A stretch of DNA of 19,009 bases. It comes from Octopus sinensis (taxonomy: Eukaryota). The notes under the pieces were generated by a model. That model saw nothing but the letters and a program-made list of their open reading frames with translations. It was not told the DNA's origin and did not search any database. Below are positions 8,327 through 17,204 of the stretch, piece after piece. Position 1 is the stretch's first letter, and each line of letters opens with the position of its first letter. The stretch covers positions 1 through 19,009 of the forward strand of contig NW_021824375.1 in NCBI RefSeq assembly GCF_006345805.1, written 5' to 3'. Position numbers and translations under genes: made by a program.

Positions 8327-9383
8327 ATCATCAACATCATTTAGCGTCCATTGTCTATGCTGGTATGGGTTGGACACTTTGACCAAGGCTAGTTTTCTAT
8401 GGCCAAATGCCTTTCCTAATGCCAACCACTCCTAGTGTAATTGTGCTTTTGTGTTTCACTGGTATCTACCACAACTGTGATTTGACTTGGCTTGATGTGT
8501 CATCTTCTCAAGCACAACATAACGCCGAAGGCCTCAGTCATTTGTCATTGCCTCCATGAGACCCATAGTTCAAAGATCATACTTCACCACTTCATCCCAT
8601 GTCTTCCTGGGTCTACCACAGGTTCCCTCCACAGAAATCAGCACTTCTTTACACAGCTGTCCTCGTCCATACATATCACATGATCAAACCAGCACATTCG
8701 TCTCTCTCTTGCCACACCACTCCTGATGCCTCTCGTGCCCAAATTTCTTCTCGATGATTACACTGTCGCACATGCACACTGACATTGCACATCCAGGGAA
8801 TCATACTGGCTTTGTTTCTTTCAAGCCAACGCATCTCCTCAGTGGTCACAGTCCATGTTTTACTGCTGTGTAGTATAGCTGTTCACACACAGACATCATA
8901 CAATCTGCCTTTCACTCTGAGGGAGAGGCCCTTTATTGCCAGCAGAGGTAGGAGCTCTCTGAACTTTGCCCAGCCTATTCTTATTCTCACAGCTACACTC
9001 TTAGATTGTCCACCACCACTACTAACTTGATCACCTAGATAATGGAAGATATCTGCTACCTCTAGCTTACCCCACTAGCAGTTGAGGGAGTCTATTTTCT
9101 GTACATTTTTCCTATTAATTGTACCTTTGCATCTTCCACACACAAAAGCTATTGTTCCCCGTTAACCTTCTGATATTGCTGCACCTCTTATGTGTCCATA
9201 TCTTACACCAGGTACATCTTATGGCATTTCTACCTATGCCTTTTCTACAGATCAAACTGGGCCATCTACCTCAAGGGATTTGTGATTTGTCTGCTTTCCT
9301 ACTTACTAACACTTTGGTTTTTGCTAGGTTAACAACAAAGGCCCTTTGATTCTAGGCCTTGCTCCCATACCTGAAACTTCTCT
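8327..9383 (-). mobile_element. 5'-truncated, decayed RTE-clade LINE with (GAT)n tail
   Basis: (atc)n tail at 8327-8340; colinear homology to 17230-18070 (GRPRKTWDEVVK region); short 3' UTR with no tandem array. Confidence 0.9.
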
Positions 9384-9799
9384 AGTTAAAAAAGGTAACA
9401 GAAATTGTTAATTCAGTAAAATTGGGATTTCACTGATGTTTCCATTTTCGTTCCATTGAATATTTCATGGATAAATTCATTAGTGAATATTTCATAATAG
9501 TTCATGTACAAGGCTTTTAACCATTTCACAACAAAAATTAGTGTTTGCTAAATACCAATTAATAGATGAATATTTAACTTTAGTACCAACATATAAATTT
9601 TTATGCATGTTAGATATACACACATTAAATGAGCTATAATATATACATGGTATGTAATGTATATACACACACACAGTACCACAAAAATATAGTGAGCTGC
9701 CAAGTCACCTGCCCACTGTTCCAGCAACTTTATATCAACGGAGACAATAAACAATATCATATGGAAAGAATTAATCCTCTAAAGACCTAATATCTTATC

Positions 9800-10170
9800 T
9801 CATCACCCGCTTATTCTTGAGAGGGTCAAGGGGTCAGGGGCTTCAATCATGTGGGTCCTGTCAGAAGCAACCATTTGATCCAGTTGGATTCCCAAGCAAG
9901 ATCAACCAAACTCATGGGTGTTATTAACCATCATGCTTATGGTCTACCCCTGGGTCTCCTGCCAGTTGATTTTTGCTCATTAAGTGTCCAGTGATTCTTT
10001 CCTGAGACCTGTCTGGAATAATGGAGCTGTGATCTCTTAATTCAGAGAAGTAGCAACTCTACCTGGAAGTGCCTCTCTCATCTCTAAGCTATGCTACTCT
10101 ATCGAGTAATGTTACTCCAAAGACCCTTCCAAGGAATCCCATCTCGGCTGCTTGTATTCACTTGTATAAA
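9800..10170 (-). mobile_element. Ancient LINE 3' fragment, RTE-like
   Basis: The minus strand reads TGRRPRGRP near 9945-9970, an RTE C-terminal motif; the rest is heavily decayed. Confidence 0.4.
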
Positions 10171-10243
10171 GAACAGAACTAAAAATTTAATGAGTAAAAT
10201 AGTCATATATTAGAGAGGCGCAAAAAGACCTTAACTCCAATCC

Positions 10244-10320
10244 CTGATACTTTATCAACACCTGTACGATGAAAGACAAAACTGACATCAGTTGAATTCA
10301 GAATCCCAGTCTAAAAAGAC
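10244..10320 (-). mobile_element. tRNA-derived SINE remnant
   Basis: tttatcaac..gatgaaagacaaa..gaattcagaat shares motifs with the copies at 12110-12800. Confidence 0.45.
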
Positions 10321-10439
10321 AAGGTATTTATATATCAGACAATGTTTCATGCAAACTATACTACTCTACAATGCATTTTGCTTCAAGTGCCTTTCCACTG
10401 CTATCAATATGAAGGTAAAATGTTGACAAAATTACAAAC

Positions 10440-10833
10440 CTGTCATCATTTAAATGCGTTGGTGAAAGTAAATCCAAGGAATTAGTCACAACTGTGTGAG
10501 GCGATTTCATTTCTTCTGTTTCTATATGTAAGGAATTCTCAAGTTTTACATCATTTCCAGATTTTGGTAAATTTCCTATGGAATCAGTTGATGGAATATT
10601 TGAACTCTCATCTGTTGTTTTGTCAGAAGGTAATCGATCTGTGACAGTTTGTTTCAATTTATCTTGTGCTACTGAAATTATGTTCTTTAGTCTAGAATCA
10701 GACGTACAAAGTAAAGAGTTTGAGGAAATATGTTTTTTCTCAGGATATAGTTCATTAGTTTTATCTGATTCTTCATCTGATTGTTTAACAGGCATTGCTG
10801 ACCGTTTTCTGGTCCACTGTGCCAAAGTAGGAA
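10440..10833 (-). CDS. ZC3H11A: ZC3H11A-like protein, internal exon (Ser/Asp/Lys-rich, low complexity)
   Basis: Acceptor ttgacag, donor gtttgt; 394 nt, phase 1 to 2, consistent with both neighbours; VPTLAQWTRKRSAMPVKQ...SPTHLNDD. Confidence 0.75.
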
Positions 10834-11357
10834 CTGTCAAATTAAAAAAAAAATATGGTTATAAGGACATTTATACATATCTTTGACAAAAACTTATCTA
10901 TGGTATTACACCCCTCCCCACTAACTTCCTTCCACCTTCAAATACTTGACCATCTTACTTCAACTAAAGATTACCACAATCCAAAATAAATTATTCCAAG
11001 ACTTCTCATTCCTTCAATCCTAATCATATGCTTCCTATACAAAGCGTTTGTTATTCTTAATGACCTGTAGCATCTAATAACATCCCTAAATTACTCAGGT
11101 GCTACCTAACTTTCTACAACAGTTTTATTACGAACATTCAGTATTTTCATATTAAATTCTCTAAAAAGTTGGCTTGTAAGAAACAAAAGCCAGTTCATAG
11201 GATAATGAACACTTCCTGAAACAAAACTGCCCTGGGCTGACCAACATGATTACACTATCATGTATTGAAATCTGTTAAAAAAGAATTTTTTTAAAATAAA
11301 ATTTTTGAAAAATTAACCTTTTCTTTAAAATCAAGTCTTTAAACAGAAAAAGCTCAC

Positions 11358-11550
11358 CTTTTGGGGCAGTGTATGTTGACTTTGAGTCAGAAAGCCGATT
11401 CTTACAGTTGTCAACTTTCCCTCCTGTCTCTTCATTGCGCTTTGCTCGCAGACGTTTTTCTTCCATTATTTCTGCAAAAGATTTTACTCGAATTTCTCCT
11501 ATAAAATCGGATTCTGGTTTCACTGAATTTTGTACATTTAGGACTTCAAC
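11358..11550 (-). CDS. ZC3H11A: ZC3H11A-like protein, internal exon
   Basis: Acceptor ttcattccag, donor gtgagc; 193 nt, phase 0 to 1; IRVKSFAEIMEEKRLR matches the ZC3H11A repeated motif type (I/V)KT(F/L)xE(I/V)xxEK. Confidence 0.8.
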
Positions 11551-11657
11551 CTGGAATGAAACCAAGCAGCATTAAACAACAAAACAAGACAACTCGATTA
11601 ACACAATGTATTTAAAGAAAGCACACATTCAGGTTGCATTTAGAAAAGGAATTTTAC

Positions 11658-11698
11658 CAGTGACTTTCTTTTCAAGTTTTTAAAATCAGTCACAAAGA
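11658..11698 (-). CDS. ZC3H11A: Candidate 41-nt exon (FVTDFKNLKRKSL)
   Basis: ag/gtaaaa boundaries, open in phase 1 to 0; weak pyrimidine tract; needs an upstream phase 0-to-1 exon. Confidence 0.3.
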
Positions 11699-12109
11699 CT
11701 GAATATAACCTGTCTAGAGAGACTGTATGCAGCCTGTCCAAAACAGATTGTATATAACTTATCTAGAGAGACTGTATGTAGACACTCTATACAGACTGTA
11801 AACTTTGTTTTCCATTGGTGATGCTCAAGCAATTTACCTTTCTGATATTTTAGAAAAGACAACAGATGTAAGGTAGCACCAATGTGACCCCTCTGCCTGA
11901 CCTGACCTCTACCTTAATTGAAGTTAAACACTGTAAGCCAGCAATCATCAGCACTGCTGCTACTACTAGTGTTTAATGCAGCAAGTTGTTCCTACCTTGT
12001 GTAATCTGTTTACAGCTAGGTAGACTAAGGTATTTGACAGTCAAGTAATTTGTTCAGTACAAAACACAAACCACTTTTCTCACCAAAACAGCCATGTTGT
12101 CAAAAGAAA

Positions 12110-12312
12110 TAATGATCCTTTTTTTACTATGGGGAACAAGGCTTGAAAATTTGGAGAAGCAGGCTTGTTGACCCCAAATGCTCAACTGGCAGTTTATTTC
12201 ATCAACCCTGAAAGGATGAAAGTTGACTATGGCAGAATCTGAAACCAGAATACAGAGAGCCAGAAGAAATACCATTAAGCATTTTGTCCAACAATTCTAC
12301 CAGTTTACTGTC
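12110..12312 (-). mobile_element. tRNA-derived SINE copy, decayed
   Basis: tttcatcaaccctgaaaggatgaaag..gact...agaat...ttaagcattttg motif set shared with 12335-12510 and 12640-12800. Confidence 0.6.
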
Positions 12313-12334
12313 TTAATAATAACAGTTTCAAATT

Positions 12335-12510
12335 CTAGCACAGGGCCAGTAATTTTGGGAGATGGGGGTACATCACTTACATCTACCCCAGTGCTCAAGC
12401 AGTCCTTATTTTATTAACACCAAATCTGAACTCAAAATATAAAGACAGGCAAACTGCTGCTAAGCATTTTGCCTGGCACCAATAATGCATCTGTCAGCTC
12501 ACTGTTACCT
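12335..12510 (-). mobile_element. tRNA-derived SINE copy with internal deletion
   Basis: tgaactca on + is a B-box-like tgagttca on -; gctaagcattttgcc head; homologous to the neighbouring copy. Confidence 0.6.
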
Positions 12511-12537
12511 TAACAATAAAAAAAAATAACTGTTTAC

Positions 12538-12629
12538 CTTAGCATTCTTGGAAACAATCTTCGGAATTTTTACTTTTTCTAAAGATTCTTTGTTATGTTC
12601 TGTACCATTCCGATTATCTTTCAAATCAG
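12538..12629 (-). CDS. ZC3H11A: ZC3H11A-like protein, internal exon
   Basis: Acceptor ggtttgcag, donor AAG/gtaaac; 92 nt, phase 1 to 0; DLKDNRNGTEHNKESLEKVKIPKIVSKNAK. Confidence 0.65.
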
Positions 12630-12639
12630 CTGCAAACCA

Positions 12640-12800
12640 AGTGAAAAATCCAGAGTTATTTCAGGCAACAACTTTAATCCACAAGTGTTAAGTGAAAGAA
12701 ATAGTCAATTATAAACAAAACAACTGGGACTGATTTTAGTGACCCATGGAGATGAAAAGTAAAATCAACTTGATTGGCATTTGAACTCAGAATATAATTA
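12640..12800 (-). mobile_element. tRNA-derived SINE remnant
   Basis: gatgaaaagtaaaatcaac...ggcatttgaactcagaat, the same family core as above. Confidence 0.5.
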
Positions 12801-13090
12801 CAATACTCCATCAGTTCCACTAACCAATTCCCTGATATTAACTTTTTATATCCAAAGTAAAGAAATTAAAAATAGGGGACACAAATAGTTTTAGTAAAAT
12901 GTTTCCTAGCATTTTTATTAAATTATTTTTATAACAGCTAGACACACACTGGAGCCTTCAGTCATAACTTGTCTGAAGGTCCTGAGAAGGACTCAACCCA
13001 AATAAAAATAGTAATCTTTGCTATGGTAATGAGTACTCTTCCTTCTGATAAGCAACTCTAAATGTGTGTGTGTGTGCGCACACACAAAAG

Positions 13091-13258
13091 TCATCAGCAC
13101 TTAACATCCATTTTTTCCATGCTGGCATGGGTCGGATGGTTTGACAGGAGCTGGCAAGTCAGAAGACTGCACCAAGCTCTAGTATCTGCTTTGGCATGGT
13201 TTCTACTGCTGGACGTCCTTCCTAATACCAACCACGGTGCTTTTTACGTGGCACCTGA
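13091..13258 (-). mobile_element. RTE-type 3' tail (short LINE end or SINE tail)
   Basis: Homologous to 15747-15925 and 8327-8450 (ttaacatccatttt, gcatgggtcggatgg, ccttcctaataccaaccac, ggtgctttttacgtggcac). Confidence 0.8.
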
Positions 13259-13592
13259 ACTGATAAAGTCACCAAGTAATTTGCAAGACCTAAACCCCTC
13301 AACTGAATGGGGGAGGGGGGGTACCAAGTGATGAATGCTTAGAGTATGATAGTGAGATAGAAATATATATGTAACTGTAAGAGCTTCTCCAAGGTCATAC
13401 TTGACATACTAAAAATAGCAGCAAGATCTTCCTCTGACCACACCCTACAAAGAACACAAATATAATCCTAGAACACTAGGTCTGAATAAAAGACAAGATA
13501 GCCATGGCCGGAACAACTTGGATCACAGGTTTGTTTAATCAAGGATGACTGAACAATGACCAAAACTGTAAATAAAGTGAAGTGCTACGAAC

Positions 13593-13703
13593 ATTGTTGA
13601 CGAACAGCTGGAGGAACATAGATCTGTCGGGTTTGCTTAAGTTTGGGTTTTTCTGCTTGGCTACTTCTAGATCCTCTCAAAGTGCACAGAGCTTCTTCTT
13701 TTT
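13593..13703 (-). CDS. ZC3H11A: ZC3H11A-like protein, internal exon
   Basis: Acceptor tttgtttctag, donor gttcgt; 111 nt, phase 1 to 1; KEEALCTLRGSRSSQAEKPKLKQTRQIYVPPAVRQQ. Confidence 0.65.
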
Positions 13704-13890
13704 CTAGAAACAAAGTGTTTGGAAGAAATATGTTAATTATTAATTAATAAATTGGAAATTCTGATGTCAAAAGGAAAATAAAGTAAACATGAATATTCAT
13801 TTGGAAATGAATCAGGACTAAAATGTATGTTTGTAAAGTCAAGAATTCATTCGACAGATACTCAGAGTTTCACTTCCATACAGCCACAGC

Positions 13891-13892
<2 letters not shown>

Positions 13893-13928
<36 letters not shown>
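13893..13928. repeat. (TA)n microsatellite
   Basis: Direct reading. Confidence 0.97.
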
Positions 13929-13931
<3 letters not shown>

Positions 13932-14355
13932 GAGGATGGGCAGGGGAAGGTAATTGAACCTCATTCATGTTTTGAATTCGGCGGTACTAACACTGAATAT
14001 TATCTGTCTGATACTGTTAGGTGGAGAGATATGTTCAATTATTCCAGTACCTTCGAATTTAATATTTCAATATTTAATTACTGATGGGGTCCTATGCTGA
14101 TGAGGAAAACAGTTGGTAAAGTATAATTCTATATTCTTTATTCCAATCTAATTCCGAAACGCGCATCCATAGGTGACCAGATATTGATTGATTTTCGTTA
14201 CTTCTTCCTCTCTGCCTGTGTGGATTGTTTTCAAGTATTTTGGTTTTTCTGGGAGTCCCTTTTTGAAGTAGAAGAAATAGCTAATGTTTTTTGGCTGCTA
14301 TTTCTAAACTTCGGTATATGGTAAAGCAAATCTTTGCTGAACCTTAATTATTAAG
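13929..14355 (+). mobile_element. Non-autonomous hammerhead-bearing element (~430 bp) inserted in (TA)n
   Basis: (TA)n on both sides; hammerhead at 14088-14178; several hairpins (taattgaac/gttcaatta, ctaaca/tgttag, agaaatagc/gctatttct, agcaaa/tttgct, cttaa/ttaag). Confidence 0.7.
14088..14178 (+). ncRNA. Minimal type I hammerhead ribozyme with extended stem II
   Basis: Stem I cctatg (14091-96)/catagg (14168-73), extended by ggt/acc past a 2-nt bulge; CTGATGA 14097-103; stem II ggaa/ttcc (14104-07/14152-55) with inner ttgg/ccaa and taaag/cttta; GAAA 14156-59; C-GCGC-A; AUC triplet 14165-67. Confidence 0.87.
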
Positions 14356-14393
14356 TATATATATATATATATGTGCGTGTATATATATAAATA

Positions 14394-14501
14394 GGGAGAG
14401 TTTACGAAAAAGACAAAGACAGGTGGTGTACAAAACAAACAGGTGTATTAATACCAACCACTTGGACAAAGTGGACAAGGTGCTTTTTACGTGGCACCTG
14501 A
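14394..14501. mobile_element. Fused remnants: an interspersed-repeat end joined to an RTE/SINE tail fragment
   Basis: ataccaaccac...ggtgctttttacgtggcacctga matches 13225-13258; the gggagagtttacgaaaa part resembles another octopus repeat from memory only. Confidence 0.45.
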
Positions 14502-14945
14502 TTTTAACTACTCGTTTATGAAATTATATACAGAAATGCTTCAGTATATGAGTTAATTTGTTACTGGAGACCTCTCATAAAGCAAAGCAATAATTTCCCA
14601 TAGAAGCAATGTTATAAATTGTAATTCATTCCCGGAAAAATATTTTACCAATAAAATTTAAAATACTCATAAATAAATGACAATAAAACAACAGTAGAAT
14701 ATAAAGAATATTTTACGTAAAGTAAAAAGAATGTGAAGATCATTTATAACGAAACAGAAAATATTATTATTATAATTGTGTTCTGAATCACTTTCACTCA
14801 CATTAGAGAAGCACACACCTTCATTTGTAGACACAATCACCAAGAACTCGTAGATTTCTTTTCAAAAAAACAAGTCTAGAGTTGTTTGATTAGAAGAAGC
14901 TTTTTTTTTTCTTTTTTTTGCTCCATAAATTTCTCAGTAACATAC

Positions 14946-14998
14946 AGAAGCATTTGTTATGGTAGTAGAAACTTTTGCACTTTCTTCAAAATTTGGAT
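14946..14998 (-). CDS. ZC3H11A: Candidate ZC3H11A-like exon (NPNFEESAKVSTTITNAS)
   Basis: Acceptor ttttcaagcataag, donor gtatgt, open in phase 1; it ends in phase 0, which does not match the next confident exon. Confidence 0.3.
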
Positions 14999-15155
14999 CT
15001 TATGCTTGAAAAATAAAACTCATAAACCCAGGGTCTTGAGGTATTACTGTATTTTAAACCAAGTTTCAAAGGATTTCTTGCCTTGTGAATAGACAACACA
15101 CACATACATGAACAATAATCCATAACTGACATTAACAAAATAAAATACAACAAAC

Positions 15156-15230
15156 TTTTTGTATTTTTTTCCATATTTTTTGCCGCTCGTATTTCAGCCA
15201 AAGTTTTCACTTTGAAATTTAATTCAGAGT
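15156..15230 (-). CDS. ZC3H11A: ZC3H11A-like protein, internal exon
   Basis: Acceptor tttatttttcag, donor gtttgt; 75 nt, phase 1 to 1; FKVKTLAEIRAAK matches the ZC3H11A VKTLEEIR-type motif. Confidence 0.75.
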
Positions 15231-15424
15231 CTGAAAAATAAAAGTGGAAATGTTTTAGGTTTAAAATAAAAACAATATTTAAACACCCACCCATTATTCC
15301 TGAGAGGATTGTGGGGGCAGAGTCTTCAGGTACCTCCGCCCTATCAGAATCAATCATCATTAAACTTTTGGGATGAATTCCCAAGCATAACCAACTGAGA
15401 CAATGGTTATTATTCCAGCCCTCT

Positions 15425-15608
15425 CCTTCTTGGTCTATGCATGTCCTCTGCAGTCACAGCCCTTGTTTCACTACCATGAAGCATGGCAGTTCGCATACAT
15501 GCGTCGTACAATCTACCTTTCACTCTGAGGGAGACCCTTTGTCACCAGCAGGGGTAGGAGCTTTCTAAACTTTGCCCAGGCTTATAAATAGCCACTAGAA
15601 TACGAATA
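15425..15608 (-). mobile_element. Short RTE ORF fragment with a 17-bp inverted 5' end
   Basis: Homologous to 17520-17680; 15592-15608 is the exact reverse complement of 17664-17680. Confidence 0.85.
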
Positions 15609-15623
15609 TATATACATACATAT

Positions 15624-15655
<32 letters not shown>

Positions 15656-15746
15656 ATATATACATACATATATACATACATATATACATACATATATACA
15701 TATATACATACATATATATATATACATACATATACATATATACATA
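15609..15746. repeat. (ATAC/ATAT)n compound microsatellite
   Basis: Direct reading. Confidence 0.95.
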
Positions 15747-15908
15747 CATCATCATCATCGTTTAACGTCCGTTTTCCGCGCTAGCACGGGTTGGACGGTT
15801 CAACCGGGACCTGGGGAGCCAGGGGCTGCCCCAGGCTCCAGTCTGATCTGGCAGTGTTTCTACAGCTGGATGCCCTTCCTAACGCCAACCACTCCGCGAG
15901 TGTAGTGT

Positions 15909-17163
15909 GTGCTTTTTACGTGCCACCTGCACAGGTGCCAGAGGGGTCTGGCATCGGCCACGATCGATTGGTGCTTTTTTTTATGTGCCACCGGCACAGA
16001 AACCAGTCAAGGTGGTGCTGGCATCAGCCACGTTCGGACGGTGCTTTTTATGTGCCACCGGCACAGAAGCTGTTCGAGGCAGGGTTGGCATCAGTCACGT
16101 TCGGATGGTGCTTTTTATGTGCCACCAGCACAGTAGCCAGTGGAGGCTGCACTGGCAACGGCCACGTTCGGATGGTGCTTTTTATGTGTCACCGGCACAT
16201 GTATCACAACTACTGTTTCCATTGATATTTGGTTCGATGTTCATGTGCCACCGGCACAGAAGCCATTCGAGGCGGGGTTGGCATCGGTCACGTTCGGATG
16301 GTGCTTTTTATGTGCCACCGGCACAGAAGCCAGTGGAGGCTGCACTGGCAACGGCCACGTTCGGATGGTGCTTTTTATGTGTTACTGGCACAGGTATCAC
16401 AACTAGTTTCCATTGATATTTGGTTCGATGTTCATGTGCCACCGGCACAGAAGCCATTCGAGGCGGGGTTGGCATCGGTCACGTTCGGATGGTGCTTTTT
16501 ATGTGCCACCGGCACAGAAGCCAGTGGAGGCTGCACTGGCAACGGCCACGTTCGGATGGTGCTTTTTATGTGTCACCGGCACAGGTATCACAACTACTGT
16601 TTCATTGATATTTGGTTCGATGTTCATGTACATGTACATGCACTTGACTCAACAGGTCTCCTCAAGCACAGCGAGATGTTCCGGGATCCTGCGATCGGTT
16701 GGTGCTTTTTATGTGCCACCGGCACAGAAGCCAGTCGAGGCGGTGCTGGCATCAGCCACGTTCGGATGGTGCTTTTCATGTGCCACCAGCACAGAAGCCA
16801 GTCAAGGCGGTGCTGGCATCGGCCACGTTCGGATGGTGCTTTTTATGTGCCACCGGCACAGAAGCCAGTCGGGGCGGTGCTGGCATCGGCCACGTTTTGA
16901 TGGTGCTTTTTATGTGCCACCGGCACAGAAGCCATTCGAGGCTGGGTTGGCATCGGTCCACGTTCGGATGGTGCTTTTTGTGTGCCACCGGCACAGAAGC
17001 CAGTCGAGGCTGCACTGGCAACGGCCACGTTCGGATGGTGCTTTTTATGTATCACCGGCACAGGTATCACAGCTACTGTTTCCATTGATATTTGGTTCGA
17101 TGTTCATGTATATGCACTTAACTCGACAGGTCTCCTGAAGCACAGTGAGATGTTCCGGGATCC
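15909..17163. repeat. Higher-order tandem array of ~67-bp hairpin units in the RTE 3' UTR
   Basis: 17 units sharing ggtgctttttatgtgccaccggcacag; variant order T-A-BCD-BCD-BCD-E-AAA-BCD-E. Confidence 0.93.
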
Positions 17164-17204
17164 AAGGTACTTTGGTATGCGGAACTGGTGCCGGAAGCAT
17201 CCCG

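Noticed and set aside
12982-13003. ctgagaagg-actcaa-cccaaa as a decayed hammerhead core
   Set aside because: Both conserved boxes are broken and I find no stem I or stem III.
15909-17163. CRISPR-like appearance (constant hairpin repeat plus variable segments)
   Set aside because: The variable segments are homologous to each other and recur in order, the array sits in a eukaryotic LINE 3' UTR, and there are no cas genes.
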